DNA from: an uncultured Campylobacter sp.
GTDB taxonomy: Bacteria; Campylobacterota; Campylobacteria; Campylobacterales; Campylobacteraceae
Reading direction: 5' to 3'
NCBI RefSeq assembly: GCF_938045205.1
Contig: NZ_CALIMY010000138.1
Coordinates: forward strand, 8,619-72,618
Length of the DNA stretch: 64,000 bases
The position numbers and the translations under genes were made by a program. Below the pieces are notes generated by a model that searched no databases, was not told the DNA's origin, and saw only the letters and a list, made by a program, of their open reading frames with translations. Of this stretch, positions 12,547 through 23,159 are shown piece by piece; position 1 is the stretch's first letter; every line of letters starts with the position of its first letter.

Positions 12547-13073
12547 TGAAAACTTTGGTGTTTGTGATCGATATGGTAAACGGCTTCGTAAAATTCGGCG
12601 CGATGGCCGATCCTAGCATAGCAAAGATCGCTCCTGCGGTGCTTAAACAGATTGAGGCGGCGAAAAACGTGCATTTTATCTGCGACGCCCACGCCGAGCG
12701 GGATTTGGAGATGAAGCGCTACCCGATCCACTGTCTAGTTGGCTCGCCCGAAGCGGAGGTGATCGAGGAGCTCACGCCTTACGTAAGCGAGCAAAACGTC
12801 ACTTTTAAGCGCAGCACGAACGGCTTTCATAATTTGGATAAGAAAATTTTGGACGGCTTCGATCGCTTTGTGATTACGGGCTGTTGCACCGACATCTGCG
12901 TGATGCAGTTTGCGCTTAGCCTGCGCACCTATCTCAACGAAACTGGCGAGGATAAGGACGTCATCGTTCCGCGAGGTGCGGTAGCTACCTACGATGCGCC
13001 GAACCATGAGCGCGGCTACTACGACGAATGCGCGCTAAGCCTAATGCAAAATGCGGGAATTTTGGTAATTTAA
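12543..13073 (+). CDS. Isochorismatase-family cysteine hydrolase (nicotinamidase-like)
   Basis: 176 aa. LVFVIDMVNGF provides the Asp at the start, and ITGCCTDICV provides the catalytic Cys motif. There is a 4-nt overlap with the upstream gene. Confidence 0.82.
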   Translation: MMKTLVFVIDMVNGFVKFGAMADPSIAKIAPAVLKQIEAAKNVHFICDAHAERDLEMKRYPIHCLVGSPEAEVIEELTPYVSEQNVTFKRSTNGFHNLDKKILDGFDRFVITGCCTDICVMQFALSLRTYLNETGEDKDVIVPRGAVATYDAPNHERGYYDECALSLMQNAGILVI

Positions 13074-13203
13074 GCTGCGCTTGGATCAGACAGAATTTTA
13101 AGTTAAATTTTCTAGCTTATAAATTTTAAAATTTAGAGCCGCTCTTAAAATTTTGAAATTCTTTGGGCGGTAGAATTTTGAAATTTTAATCTTTTTATAG
13201 ATT

Positions 13204-14367
13204 TTAGCTTTGTTTTACCGCGACTGCTTTTGCGACGAAAAATCCCACTACTCCGGAAATTATCGAGCCTAAAAATACCGCGAGCTTGTCTGTGTAATGA
13301 TACATATCGCTGCCGCCGTATGCGAGGCCATCGACGAAAAGTGCCATCGTAAAGCCGATACCACAGATAATTGCTACTGCGTAAAGCTGCGGCCAGCCTG
13401 CGTTTTCGGGCATGTAGGCGATTTTGGCTTTGATTAAGATCCAGCTAAAGGCAAAAATTCCGATCTGTTTACCGAAAAATAGTCCGAGCATTATACCCAT
13501 AGGCACCGGGCCGAAAAGAAAGCTAGGACTGATGCCTGCTAGCGAAACGCCTGCGTTTGTAAAGGCAAAAATCGGCAAGATGAAGAAATTTACTGGGTAA
13601 GCTAGTCCGTGCTCCATATCCTTTAACATCGAGCCCGAGCGGGTCTTAAGCGGGATACAAAAACCCGCAAGCACTCCCGCGATAGTCGCGTGGATGCCGG
13701 AGTTTAGTACCATCACCCACAGCACGACGGCTACTATGATAAACGGAAGCTTTTTATCGACGCCAAGTCTGCTCATCGCTAGCATTATTGCGACACAGGC
13801 AGCTGCGCCGCCTAGATAGATTGCGTTTATGGTAGAGGAATAAAACAAAGCGATGATTAAAATTGCACACAGATCGTCCATTATCGCAAGCGTCAAAACA
13901 AAAATTTTAAGGCTAGCCGGGATTTTTTTACCCAAAAGTGCCATAACGCCCACGGCAAAGGCTATATCTGTCGCCGTAGGGATTGCCCAGCCCTTCATCG
14001 CGACGGCATCGCCCCAGTTAATGATCGAAAATATAATCGCGGGCATCATTACTCCGCCCAAAGCCGCGAAGCTAGGAAGTAAAATTTGAGAGAAATGGCG
14101 CAGTTGTCCTTCGATCTTTTCGCGCTTTAGCTCAAGTCCGATAGCGAAGAAAAATATCGCCATGAGCACGTCGTTTACTAAAAAATGCATCGATTCATCG
14201 AGCTTTGCAGGGCCGACGCCTATGGTGAAGTTTAGATGTAAAAACGCCTCATAGTATTTTGATAAAAAACCTACGTTTTGAGCTACGATTGCAAAGACCG
14301 CGGATAAAAGCAGTATAATTCCCGCGCTACTTTCGCTCGATAAAATTTTTCTTATGATCTGCCGCAC
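13204..14367 (-). CDS. nhaA: Na+/H+ antiporter NhaA
   Basis: 387 aa and polytopic. LAIMDDLCAILIIALFY contains the conserved DD pair of NhaA. Confidence 0.92.
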   Translation of the reverse strand: MRQIIRKILSSESSAGIILLLSAVFAIVAQNVGFLSKYYEAFLHLNFTIGVGPAKLDESMHFLVNDVLMAIFFFAIGLELKREKIEGQLRHFSQILLPSFAALGGVMMPAIIFSIINWGDAVAMKGWAIPTATDIAFAVGVMALLGKKIPASLKIFVLTLAIMDDLCAILIIALFYSSTINAIYLGGAAACVAIMLAMSRLGVDKKLPFIIVAVVLWVMVLNSGIHATIAGVLAGFCIPLKTRSGSMLKDMEHGLAYPVNFFILPIFAFTNAGVSLAGISPSFLFGPVPMGIMLGLFFGKQIGIFAFSWILIKAKIAYMPENAGWPQLYAVAIICGIGFTMALFVDGLAYGGSDMYHYTDKLAVFLGSIISGVVGFFVAKAVAVKQS

Positions 14368-14430
14368 ATGCTTCCTTTAAAATTTTGTCCTAATTTTATG
14401 CAAATTTTAATTAAATTTTTATCAAAGCGC

Positions 14431-14871
14431 TTAGTTGCTCGGTAAATTCGGCATTATTAGCATCGCATAAAGTATTATAAACATTATGATCGTAGGGCCT
14501 TCGTTGATCGCACGGAAGTATTTTCCGCTCCTGTGGCACTCATTTTTTTCAAATTTATACATATAATAATACAGCCACAAATGATAACAGATTAGCAAAA
14601 CCCCGGCTAGTAATTTTATATGAAAATATCCCATTTTCATAAGCCCCGGATTTAAAACGATAAGCATCACGCCGCTAAAAACCGTCACCGCCATTGCTAT
14701 CCAACCGATCGCGTGATACAGCATCCGCTCCATCTTTTTAACGACCTTTACGAAATCCGGCTTGTCTAAATTTTCAGCGTGATATACATACAAGCGCGGC
14801 ATGTAAAACAGCATCGCCATCCATGAAATAAAGCCTGCAAAATGGATAAATTTAAACCAATAGTAACTCAT
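14431..14871 (-). CDS. hemJ: HemJ-like protoporphyrinogen IX oxidase / UPF0093 membrane protein
   Basis: 146 aa with 4 TM helices. The N-terminus WFKFIHFAGFISWMAMLFYMPRLYVYH is typical of the HemJ family. Confidence 0.75.
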   Translation of the reverse strand: MSYYWFKFIHFAGFISWMAMLFYMPRLYVYHAENLDKPDFVKVVKKMERMLYHAIGWIAMAVTVFSGVMLIVLNPGLMKMGYFHIKLLAGVLLICYHLWLYYYMYKFEKNECHRSGKYFRAINEGPTIIMFIILYAMLIMPNLPSN

Positions 14872-14881
14872 TTTAGCCTCC

Positions 14882-15274
14882 TTAATCTCTCATTAAAATT
14901 TCTTTTCGCGCTTCGAATTCCTCTTTGGAAATCGCGCCTTTTTGATACAGCTCATAAAGCGCATTGACCTTTTTCAGACGCCCCTCGTAGTCGTCCTCCT
15001 CTGTCTCGCTTGCAAAAGCATTTAAATCTTCTACCCAAATTCCTACGAAAAATATGTCTAGCAAAATCCAAATTCCCCAAATCGCCCAAAACAAAAAGCC
15101 CACCAAAAACCATAGTGTAAAGCTCCCTAGCCAAAATAGCGCGATTTGAGCAAATCCGCTGATAAATTTACCGCAATAAATTCTATGCAGTCCGCCTCCG
15201 ATCGGCATAGCTGCTATCCACGAAAACGCACCTAAAAACCAAAGCGCGTAAGCGATGTAATTATTTCTCTTCAT
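14882..15274 (-). CDS. TM2-domain membrane protein with C-terminal SHOCT domain
   Basis: GGLHRIYCGKFISGFAQI fits the TM2 signature. The C-terminal LYELYQKGAISKEEFEARKEIL fits SHOCT. Confidence 0.65.
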   Translation of the reverse strand: MKRNNYIAYALWFLGAFSWIAAMPIGGGLHRIYCGKFISGFAQIALFWLGSFTLWFLVGFLFWAIWGIWILLDIFFVGIWVEDLNAFASETEEDDYEGRLKKVNALYELYQKGAISKEEFEARKEILMRD

Positions 15275-15722
15275 TTTTCTCCTTTTTTGCGGCGCGTAAG
15301 CCCTGAAAAATAAAAATCACGACGGCTAGATCTATCATCACATCGGCGAAATTAAACACCGCAAACTCAAACCATTTATGCCACGCGACGTAATCGACCA
15401 CGCCGCCGCGAATGAAGCGATCGAGCAGGTTCGAACAGCCTCCCGCGAGCATCAGCGCAAACGGCATCCAGTGCTCGTAAAAGAGCTTTTTATGACAAAA
15501 TACATACGCTGCAAGCGCTGAGATCAGCGCGATCTGGATAAATTTTAAATTTTCACCCAAAAAGGCAAGCATCGAAAACGCAACGCCGCGATTAAGCGTA
15601 AGCTCTAGCGAAAAAAACTCCCCCTGCCACGAAAAGCCGTTTAAAAACAGAAGTTTGATCGCTTGATCGATTGCAAAGATCGCCGCGAAAAGCAGGATAA
15701 ATTTAATACAGGTCTTAGCCAT
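15261..15722 (-). CDS. lspA: Lipoprotein signal peptidase II
   Basis: 153 aa. It has the motifs NRGVAFS, VVDYV and FNFADV. Confidence 0.9.
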   Translation of the reverse strand: MAKTCIKFILLFAAIFAIDQAIKLLFLNGFSWQGEFFSLELTLNRGVAFSMLAFLGENLKFIQIALISALAAYVFCHKKLFYEHWMPFALMLAGGCSNLLDRFIRGGVVDYVAWHKWFEFAVFNFADVMIDLAVVIFIFQGLRAAKKEKNEEK

Positions 15723-15820
15723 CTCGCAGCCTAAATTTAAATATGTAAAGCCTGCGTTTTTTGCCCGCGCTTTTCGTGTACAGCCGATAGCTTGTCGTGC
15801 TATAAAATTTTATCAAATCG

Positions 15821-17167
15821 CTACTCATTTAGGGCTTTGATGAAAAATTTTTCCACTTCGTCCATTCGCTTTTGCAGCAGTTTTTCGTTTTTGCCCTCGA
15901 GCAAGAGGCGGATAACGTTTTCGGTGCCGGAGTAGCGAAAGAGCGAGCGGGTTTTGTCCGCTTTAAGGCTTGCTTCAAGCTCCTTTAGCCCTTTTAATTT
16001 TTCAAGCGGTTTTTTATCTGAAATTTTTAAATTCTTTAAAATTTGCGGATAGGGCTTAATCATCCCCGAAAATTCGCTTGCCTTCTTTTTCATATCCAGC
16101 ATGCAGGCGGCGAATTGCAGCGCGCTTGCGATGCCGTCGCCCGTTTTGGCGTAATCGCCAAAGATCACGTGCCCGCTCTGCTCGCCGCCGAAATTTGCGC
16201 CTAGTTCGTGCATCGTCTCAAGTACAAATTTATCGCCGACGTTGCAGCGATGAAGCGCGATGTCGTGTTTAGCTAAAAAATCCTCCAGCGCAGAATTACT
16301 CATCACTGTGGCTACCATTTTATTGCCTGCTAAGCGATTTTTTCCTTTCAAATAGACTGCTAAAATTCCAAGTAGCGCGTCGCCATGGATGATCTCGCCG
16401 TTTTCGTCCACGACCACGAGTCTGTCGGCGTCGCCATCAAAGGCAAAGCCAACGTCGGCGCGTAGGCGTCTTACCTCCCCGGCCAGACCTTGCGGGCTCA
16501 GCGCACCGCAGGCGTCGTTGATGTTTTTTCCGTTAGGTTCGTCGCCGATGACGATAGTTTCGGCTCCCAGCTCATTAAATACGGTAGGTGCGACCCTGTA
16601 GCTTGCCCCGTTTGCGCAATCAAGGACGACGCGAAGCCCGTGCAGGGTCTTTTGCTTTGGGAAGGAGTTTTTAATATGCACGATATATCTGCCGATGACG
16701 TCGTCTACGCGCTTTGCAGCGCCGATCTGCATCATTTTGGTGCGCGCTTCGGCGATGAGCTCGTCGTTAAAATAAATTTTTTCGATCTGCGCTTCCTCTT
16801 TTTCGTCGAGTTTAAAGCCTTCGCTGTTGAAAAATTTAATGCCATTGTCGTAGTATGGATTGTGGCTCGCGCTTATCATGATGCCCGCGTCGCAGCGCAT
16901 ATCCTCCGTAAGAAAGGCAATCGCAGGAGTAGGCATCGGTCCGATCTGGCGGACGTTGTAGCCCACCGAGGTAAGGCCCGCTACGATCGCGGTTTCTATC
17001 ATATAGCCGCTTCTGCGGGTATCTTTGCCGACTAAGATCATATTCGTAACGGAATTTTTCCTAAAGTAAATCCCCGCCGCCATCGCTACGCGCATCGCAA
17101 GCTCGGCGGTCAGAAATTCCCCTGCCTTGCCTCGTACGCCGTCCGTTCCGAAAAGTTTCATTATCAA
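15821..17167 (-). CDS. glmM: Phosphoglucosamine mutase
   Basis: It has the N-terminal [10 protein letters not shown], the phosphoserine loop [19 protein letters not shown] and the metal-binding FDGDADR. The true start may be the ATG at 17161. Confidence 0.95.
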   Translation of the reverse strand: MIMKLFGTDGVRGKAGEFLTAELAMRVAMAAGIYFRKNSVTNMILVGKDTRRSGYMIETAIVAGLTSVGYNVRQIGPMPTPAIAFLTEDMRCDAGIMISASHNPYYDNGIKFFNSEGFKLDEKEEAQIEKIYFNDELIAEARTKMMQIGAAKRVDDVIGRYIVHIKNSFPKQKTLHGLRVVLDCANGASYRVAPTVFNELGAETIVIGDEPNGKNINDACGALSPQGLAGEVRRLRADVGFAFDGDADRLVVVDENGEIIHGDALLGILAVYLKGKNRLAGNKMVATVMSNSALEDFLAKHDIALHRCNVGDKFVLETMHELGANFGGEQSGHVIFGDYAKTGDGIASALQFAACMLDMKKKASEFSGMIKPYPQILKNLKISDKKPLEKLKGLKELEASLKADKTRSLFRYSGTENVIRLLLEGKNEKLLQKRMDEVEKFFIKALNE

Positions 17168-17313
17168 ATCCTTGTATAAAAATCGGGAAATTCTACCAGA
17201 AAAAGTTTAATCTTAATAAATTTAAACTATATTTAAATTTTACTTAAATTAAGCGTCGATTAAATATTTTTTACGTATAATCGCAGGTTCAAATTTAACC
17301 GAAAAGGAACGTT

Positions 17314-17586
17314 ATGGCAAATCACAAATCCGCCGAAAAACGCGCGAGACAAACCATAAAAAGAACGGAGCGAAATAGATTTTATCGCACCAGAGTAAAA
17401 AATATCACAAAAGCCGTAAGAGAGGCGGTCGAGAGCAAGGATCTAGACGCAGCGACTCAGGCTCTAAAAACGGCTAATGAAAGCTTCCATAGCTTCGTAA
17501 GCAGGGGCTTTTTGAAAAAACAGACCGCGAGCAGAAAAGTAAGCCGCCTAGCCAAACTCGTAAATTCTTTAAAAACCGCCGCGTAA
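17314..17586 (+). CDS. rpsT: 30S ribosomal protein S20
   Basis: 90 aa and basic, with the N-terminus [13 protein letters not shown]. Confidence 0.95.
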   Translation: MANHKSAEKRARQTIKRTERNRFYRTRVKNITKAVREAVESKDLDAATQALKTANESFHSFVSRGFLKKQTASRKVSRLAKLVNSLKTAA

Positions 17587-17610
17587 GCGCTCCTTACGCA
17601 TAAAATTTAA

Positions 17611-18678
17611 ATGCTAGCCGATAAACTAAAGCCTTTTTTAGATCGCTATGACGAGCTTTCGCGCATGCTTAGCGATCCCGCTGTTACCGCAGATATCGCT
17701 AATATGACGGCGCTATCTAAGGAGCAGCGCAATATCGAGCCGATCAAAGAGGCGGCTAGCGAGTATCTTAAAATTTTAAATCAGATCGAAGAAAACAAAG
17801 CCTTGCTAAGCGATGCCGATCTCGGCGAGCTAGCCAAAGAGGAGCTTAAAAGCTTAGAGGCGCAAAAGCCGCAGCTCGAAGAAAAAATCAAAATTTTACT
17901 GCTTCCGAAAGACCCCAACGACGATAAAAATATCTTTCTTGAGATCCGCGCCGGTACGGGCGGCGACGAAGCGGCGCTGTTCGCGGGCGATCTACTCGGC
18001 GCGTATTTGCGCTATGCCGATCTTCGCGGCTATAAATGCGAGATCGTAAGCACTAGCGAAGGCAGCGTCGGCGGCTACAAAGAAGCGATCTTGCTCGTAA
18101 AGGGCGCGGGAGCGTATTCGCGGCTGAAATTTGAAGGCGGCACTCACCGCGTGCAGCGCGTCCCCGAAACGGAGAGCCAGGGCAGGGTGCATACCTCTGC
18201 AATCACCGTCGCTGTCATGCCCGAGATCGAGGATAGCGAGATACAGATCAACCCAAACGACCTTCGCATCGACGTTATGCGCAGCTCCGGCCACGGCGGG
18301 CAATCCGTAAATACCACCGATAGCGCCGTTCGCATCACTCACATCCCGACCGGTTTAGTCGTCACCAACCAAGACGGCAAAGATCAGCACAAAAACAAAG
18401 AGGCGGCAATGAAGGTGCTGAAGGCGCGCCTTTACGATATGCAGGAGCAGGAGCGGCTCGAAAAAGAGCGCAAAGATCGCAAGGATCAGGTAGGCACCGG
18501 TGACCGCTCGGGGCGAATTCGTACCTACAACTATCCGCAAAACCGCATCAGCGACCACCGCATAAATTTAACGCTCTACCGCCTGGACGCGATAATGGCG
18601 GGGGGGTTGTTCGACGAGATCATCGATCCGCTCATCGCGCACTCTCAAGCCGAAGCGATCGCAAACGCGGGCTATTAA
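17611..18678 (+). CDS. prfA: Peptide chain release factor 1
   Basis: 355 aa. [17 protein letters not shown] contains the PxT-type anticodon motif (PET here), and SGHGGQSVN contains the GGQ motif. Confidence 0.96.
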   Translation: MLADKLKPFLDRYDELSRMLSDPAVTADIANMTALSKEQRNIEPIKEAASEYLKILNQIEENKALLSDADLGELAKEELKSLEAQKPQLEEKIKILLLPKDPNDDKNIFLEIRAGTGGDEAALFAGDLLGAYLRYADLRGYKCEIVSTSEGSVGGYKEAILLVKGAGAYSRLKFEGGTHRVQRVPETESQGRVHTSAITVAVMPEIEDSEIQINPNDLRIDVMRSSGHGGQSVNTTDSAVRITHIPTGLVVTNQDGKDQHKNKEAAMKVLKARLYDMQEQERLEKERKDRKDQVGTGDRSGRIRTYNYPQNRISDHRINLTLYRLDAIMAGGLFDEIIDPLIAHSQAEAIANAGY

Positions 18679-19044
18679 GTCTTTTAAAATTTAATTTTAA
18701 TCCACATATATTTTCAAAATTTCGCCGTAATTTGGCTGCAAAATTTTATTTCAAATTTAGCTGCAAACTCCGCTTGAAATTCCGCCTTTTTAAATTTAAA
18801 ATATATTCGTTGCGCCGCATCGCCGCGCTGCCTGGCGTTTTAAATTTCGCCGTTTTAAAATGTGTACCTCAAGCGCCGTTTTAAAATTTACGCAGACGCG
18901 AGCAGGCAAGAGGGCGCTGTTATAAATCTAAAGCCAAATTTTATTTCTAGCCATTTTTTAATTCGTTTCTTATTTTTAATATATTAAAATCTCATTTCGT
19001 TTTATTCATAAATTTGAAATGTATTTTAAAAATGAGGAAAATAA
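18679..19044. repeat. RAATTY/AAATTT-rich non-coding repeat field
   Basis: No credible ORF. There are many AAATTT/AAATTC/GAATTT cores separated by GC-rich words, for example CGCCGTTTTAAAAT repeated at about 18848 and about 18873. Confidence 0.65.
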
Positions 19045-19302
19045 ATGAGTGAAAGAAATTTATAAATTTTAGGTTGGGCGGGCACATATCTGTAGGTCAT
19101 CATGTATGTATCCTATGTGCCGAATATAATGGCAAATTTAGACGGCAACAAAGTCCCGTTTCTCCAGCCGCTAGCAGCTGCGATAAACTGCACGATATAA
19201 CTTAGCTACGGTCTTTTAAAGCCTAAAAAGGACTATCCGCTCGCCGCAGCGAATTTCCCGGGGATCATCTTTGGGCTACTAACCGCAATAACGGCGCTTT
19301 AA
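19045..19302 (+). pseudogene. SemiSWEET (PQ-loop, 3-TM) transporter pseudogene with three in-frame stops
   Basis: A single frame reads MSERNL*ILGWAGTYL*VIMYVSYVPNIMANLDGNKVPFLQPLAAAINCTI*LSYGLLKPKKDYPLAAANFPGIIFGLLTAITAL*. The internal stops are at 19063-19065 (TAA), 19093-19095 (TAG) and 19198-19200 (TAA). The layout is that of a 3-TM SemiSWEET, and the third stop sits at the conserved W of W..YG. Confidence 0.7.
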
Positions 19303-19591
19303 ACCGTGCTTTTAGCGGCTTGATAAATTTAAAATCGCCCGCGCCGTATCTTGCCTGCCGCGTCCGCAACGCTTTTTAGTCGCCTACTACGCTGCAACTA
19401 CTCGATCGCTGTCAGCTGAGCCTGAGCTAGCTTACCACAAGCGCGCCCGCACCTCACAAATCCATTACGACGCGGCTTGATAAATTTCAAAATTGCCCGC
19501 GCCGCATTCAAATCCGCCGAATTTAAATAACTTTTATACAAAATTTGATAAGCTTATTTTGATTAAAATTTTATCTTTAAAAGGACGAAAA

Positions 19592-20437
19592 ATGAAAAAG
19601 GTCATCACTTGCGTCGATCAAAATGCGCTTGCCCCAGCGGTTAGAGATTACGGAATTTACGTCGCTAAAACCTTGGGTGCCGAGCTCGTGTTTATTCACG
19701 TGGTTGAAATCCCGGAGCTTGGCGAGAATTTTTATGGGCTAGCCGCAGGCGGAATCGTCCTAGGAGAGAATGATATCCTTGCAAATAGCTACGGAAGTCC
19801 CACACTAGGCGGCGTGGATGCGGAGAAAGACCACGAAGAAGCCGAAGCGATGCTGGATGAATATATCTGCGCCGCGACTACTGCGGGCGTAAAGGCGAGT
19901 AAGATCATCAAAGATGGCGATTTCATCGACGTTATCGCTGAGTACAAGGAGGAAGCTGAAATTTTTGTACTCGGTATCAAGGGCTCGAATAACGAGGACG
20001 TAGGCTTTAACGCAAGCGTGCTAATAAAGGAGCTTCACGTGCCGTCGCTGCTCGTGAATAAGGAATTTTCACCTATTAACTCCGTGCTCATTGCGTTTGA
20101 CGGCACTGACGCGGCGAAACGCACGCTTGAGTTTATAAAGAGCTCAAAGCTTCTTGCGAGCGCACATAAGCATGTCTTGCACATCAATCTCGATGCCGCA
20201 GAGGGTGAGCGGATGCTGGATCTAGCGCGCGAAATTTTAGGCACTCAAAACGCCACTTTCAAATTCATCCAAGCCGAAGTTCCCGCCGATGAGATCATCA
20301 AATATCGCCGCGCTAATAACCTCGATCTGATCGCTACCGGTGCCTTTACGAAGGGCTTTTTCAAAAAGCTCTTTTTAGGCAGCGTTTCCGAGGATATATT
20401 ACACAATGCGCTTGTACCGGTGCTAGTGCTATCGTAA
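19592..20437 (+). CDS. Universal stress protein (tandem Usp domains)
   Basis: MKKVITCVDQ follows AAGGA. There are two Usp-like halves, and the C-terminal segment GAFTKGFFKKLFLGSVSEDILHNALVPVLVL is typical of UspA. Confidence 0.82.
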   Translation: MKKVITCVDQNALAPAVRDYGIYVAKTLGAELVFIHVVEIPELGENFYGLAAGGIVLGENDILANSYGSPTLGGVDAEKDHEEAEAMLDEYICAATTAGVKASKIIKDGDFIDVIAEYKEEAEIFVLGIKGSNNEDVGFNASVLIKELHVPSLLVNKEFSPINSVLIAFDGTDAAKRTLEFIKSSKLLASAHKHVLHINLDAAEGERMLDLAREILGTQNATFKFIQAEVPADEIIKYRRANNLDLIATGAFTKGFFKKLFLGSVSEDILHNALVPVLVLS

Positions 20438-20656
20438 TCGCAAGACCAAACACCGATAAACGCTAAATTCCGTCGCTTACGTTATTTTAAAGCGGCGGAA
20501 TTTTAGAATTTTAAATTTTTCAATCCTACGTTTTTCAAATTCATATACTTTTTAAAATTCATAGAAATTTTGCTTAATAATTCGTCAATAGATCTTATTA
20601 AATTCCGTTAAATTAGTAATTGCATATAAAATTTTATGATTTAGTTTATTAAAAAT

Positions 20657-20671
20657 TTTATTATTATTTAA
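20657..20671 (+). promoter_or_regulatory. Conserved AT-rich 15-mer TTTATTATTATTTAA upstream of a TonB-dependent receptor gene (candidate Fur-type operator/promoter element)
   Basis: An identical 15-mer recurs at 27170-27184. Both copies end about 65 nt before the start codon of a TonB-dependent receptor gene. Confidence 0.45.
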
Positions 20672-20735
20672 GAGGAATTGTAAGATAATCCCGCCAGTAA
20701 ATTGATATAGATTATAAAATCTAAAAAGGATTTTT

Positions 20736-23159
20736 ATGAAAAAGGGTAAAATTTTACTCTCTTTGGCGCTACTTTGCTCGCCGTTTTGGCTTACTGCGGC
20801 GCAAAATAGCGGCGCTTCTCAAAACTCATCCGCCGCAAGCTCCACCTCTAAAATTTCGTCGTCGCAAAGCTCTGCGCAAAATCCTGGAAGCCCTACCGCT
20901 GTAAATTCTGCGCCGCAGGGCAACGCTGTCGTAAGCCCCGCCACTAAAGACATTGCACAAAATTCCGCGCCGCAAAGCGGTAGCGCGGCAAATTCTACGC
21001 TGCAGGGTTTGGACGACGATAATCTCGGCACCATAAACGTCACGGGCAAGGCCGATCTGTCCACTACCGAGGGCACCGGCTCTTATACGACGGGCAATAT
21101 GAGCACCGCGACGGGGCTAAATTTAAGCATAAGAGAGACGCCGCAGTCCATAAGCGTCATCTCCAATCAGCTTTTAAAAGATCTGAGTTTACACAACGCC
21201 GAAGAGGCTCTTTCAAAATACGCCACCGGTATTTCGCTAAATAACGACGCGGGCGGCAATCGCATCGTCTCGCGCGGCTTTTATGTCGATAATATCCAAG
21301 AAGACGGCATCGCAAGCTCGGTTTCCAGCTCCGTGTTCGGGCCGCTGGGCTCATCGAAGGAATTTACCGATTTGGAATTCTACGATCGCGTCGAGGTTCT
21401 GCGCGGCGTAGCAGGCCTTACGCAAAGCAACGGCGAGCCCGGCGGCACGATAAATTTAATCCGAAAGCGCCCGAGCGATCAGTTCGGCTTTAACGCAAGT
21501 CTAAGCGGCGGTAGCTGGGATAATTATCGCGGTATGATCGACGTTACGGATGCGATAAATCAAAGCGGTACGGCACGCGCGCGGCTGATCGGAATTTTAA
21601 GTAAAACGGGTTCGTTTAAGGACTATCCGCGCAACGGCTATCGCGAAGGTATCGGCGTTTCGACGGAATTTGACGTGGCCGATAAGACGCTTCTTAGCGC
21701 GGGATTTTTGTGGCAAAAAACCGTCGGCATCTATGACATTTACGGCGTGCCCGTTTTAGATAATCATGGAAATTTACTGAATTTACCGCGCAGAAGCTAC
21801 TTCGGCTCAGACTGGGATGAGAGCGAATATAAAAAATTTAACGCCTACAGCGAACTTTCGCACGAATTTAGCGATGATCTAAAAGCCTATGCGAGGCTCA
21901 ATTATACCGATAGCGACAGCATGTTAAAATTCGGAGCGCTCGGCGGGGCAGATCCTTACAACGGCACTACGTCGCATACGGTGCGATATAGAATTTACGA
22001 TAACGACTCCAAAGAGATCGGGTTTCAAACGGGGCTAGACGGCAAATTCGAAGCATTTGGGCAGAAGCACGACTTTTTCTTAAACGGCTCGCTTAGCAAC
22101 GAAAAGCTTAATTGGCGCGAGACTAGGACGAGAGATTCGTCTCTGGCGTCACTGGGGATGAATATTTATAATTGGGACCGCTCAAGGATTGCCCAGCCTG
22201 ATTGGAGCAGTGCCGCTATGTTTAAAGACCGAAGCTCCACTACCATAAAGCAGCGCGCGATCTCGCTCGGGACTAGATTAAACTTAACCGACGATTTTCA
22301 CTTTTTGCTCGGCGGGCGCTTTTCGAAGGTAACTTACAGCAGGTATTATTATAATATTTTGCGCGGTACGGCTTCGCATAGAGCGAGCCCGAGCAAATCG
22401 GATTTCACGCCGTATGCGGGGGTAGTCTGGGACTTTGCGGATAATTTTTCGTGGTACGCAAGCTATGCCGAAATTTTTAAGCCGCAAGCCGCGCGCGACA
22501 AGGATGGTAAAATTTTAGATCCCGTCGTCGGCTATAATTTAGAAACCGGCGTGAAGGGAGAATTTTTTGACGGCGCGCTTAATACGAATGTCGCGCTATT
22601 TCAGATCATTCAGAAAAATAGGGCGATGAGCGATCCTCTTAATACGAACTACTCCATCGCCGAGGGCAAAGTGCGAAGCCGCGGCGTGGATGCCGAGGTG
22701 CAAGGCTCGCTCACTGAGAATTGGAAATTATTCGCGGGATATACTTTCAACCGCAGCGTATATTTAAAGATGGAAAGAACCTCCGCAGCGGTCGATTATA
22801 GCAAGGGCGCAAACGCCAAACGCTACATTCCGAAGCATCTGTTTAAGCTCTATACGAACTATGAAATTCCGCTCGGCGAAAATCGTAAGATCACCCTGGG
22901 TACGGGCGTGCGCTATCAGAGCAAAACCGCTTCGATATATCGCGAAAACGTTGCGTACTACGCCGCGCCGCAGAAAGCTTACACGCTGTGGGACGCAAAT
23001 GTCGGCTATCATTTTGACAAGCACTTTAGCGTAAATTTTGCGGTCAAAAACATCACGGATAAGAAGTATTTTCAAAATACGCAAAATCGCGTCGCAGGGA
23101 TGAATAATTACTACGGCGAGCCGCGGAATTTTATGTTGACGCTAAATTATACGTATTAG
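20736..23159 (+). CDS. TonB-dependent siderophore receptor (FhuA/FhuE-like) with long low-complexity N-terminal linker
   Basis: 807 aa. It has a signal peptide, a Ser/Ala/Gln-rich linker (aa about 20-95), the plug segment ETPQSISVISNQLLKD, RVEVLRG, and the C-terminal beta-barrel end GEPRNFMLTLNYTY. Confidence 0.92.
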   Translation: MKKGKILLSLALLCSPFWLTAAQNSGASQNSSAASSTSKISSSQSSAQNPGSPTAVNSAPQGNAVVSPATKDIAQNSAPQSGSAANSTLQGLDDDNLGTINVTGKADLSTTEGTGSYTTGNMSTATGLNLSIRETPQSISVISNQLLKDLSLHNAEEALSKYATGISLNNDAGGNRIVSRGFYVDNIQEDGIASSVSSSVFGPLGSSKEFTDLEFYDRVEVLRGVAGLTQSNGEPGGTINLIRKRPSDQFGFNASLSGGSWDNYRGMIDVTDAINQSGTARARLIGILSKTGSFKDYPRNGYREGIGVSTEFDVADKTLLSAGFLWQKTVGIYDIYGVPVLDNHGNLLNLPRRSYFGSDWDESEYKKFNAYSELSHEFSDDLKAYARLNYTDSDSMLKFGALGGADPYNGTTSHTVRYRIYDNDSKEIGFQTGLDGKFEAFGQKHDFFLNGSLSNEKLNWRETRTRDSSLASLGMNIYNWDRSRIAQPDWSSAAMFKDRSSTTIKQRAISLGTRLNLTDDFHFLLGGRFSKVTYSRYYYNILRGTASHRASPSKSDFTPYAGVVWDFADNFSWYASYAEIFKPQAARDKDGKILDPVVGYNLETGVKGEFFDGALNTNVALFQIIQKNRAMSDPLNTNYSIAEGKVRSRGVDAEVQGSLTENWKLFAGYTFNRSVYLKMERTSAAVDYSKGANAKRYIPKHLFKLYTNYEIPLGENRKITLGTGVRYQSKTASIYRENVAYYAAPQKAYTLWDANVGYHFDKHFSVNFAVKNITDKKYFQNTQNRVAGMNNYYGEPRNFMLTLNYTY

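Noticed and set aside
16490-17035. A 181-aa plus-strand ORF.
   Set aside because: It is antisense to glmM, which has unmistakable catalytic motifs. It is Arg/Ala/Asp-rich shadow sequence.
18600-18606. A G7 homopolymer, considered as a Campylobacter-style phase-variation tract.
   Set aside because: It lies inside essential prfA, encoding AGGL. It is shorter than typical phase-variable tracts (about 8 or more), and no other long G/C tracts were seen in the window.
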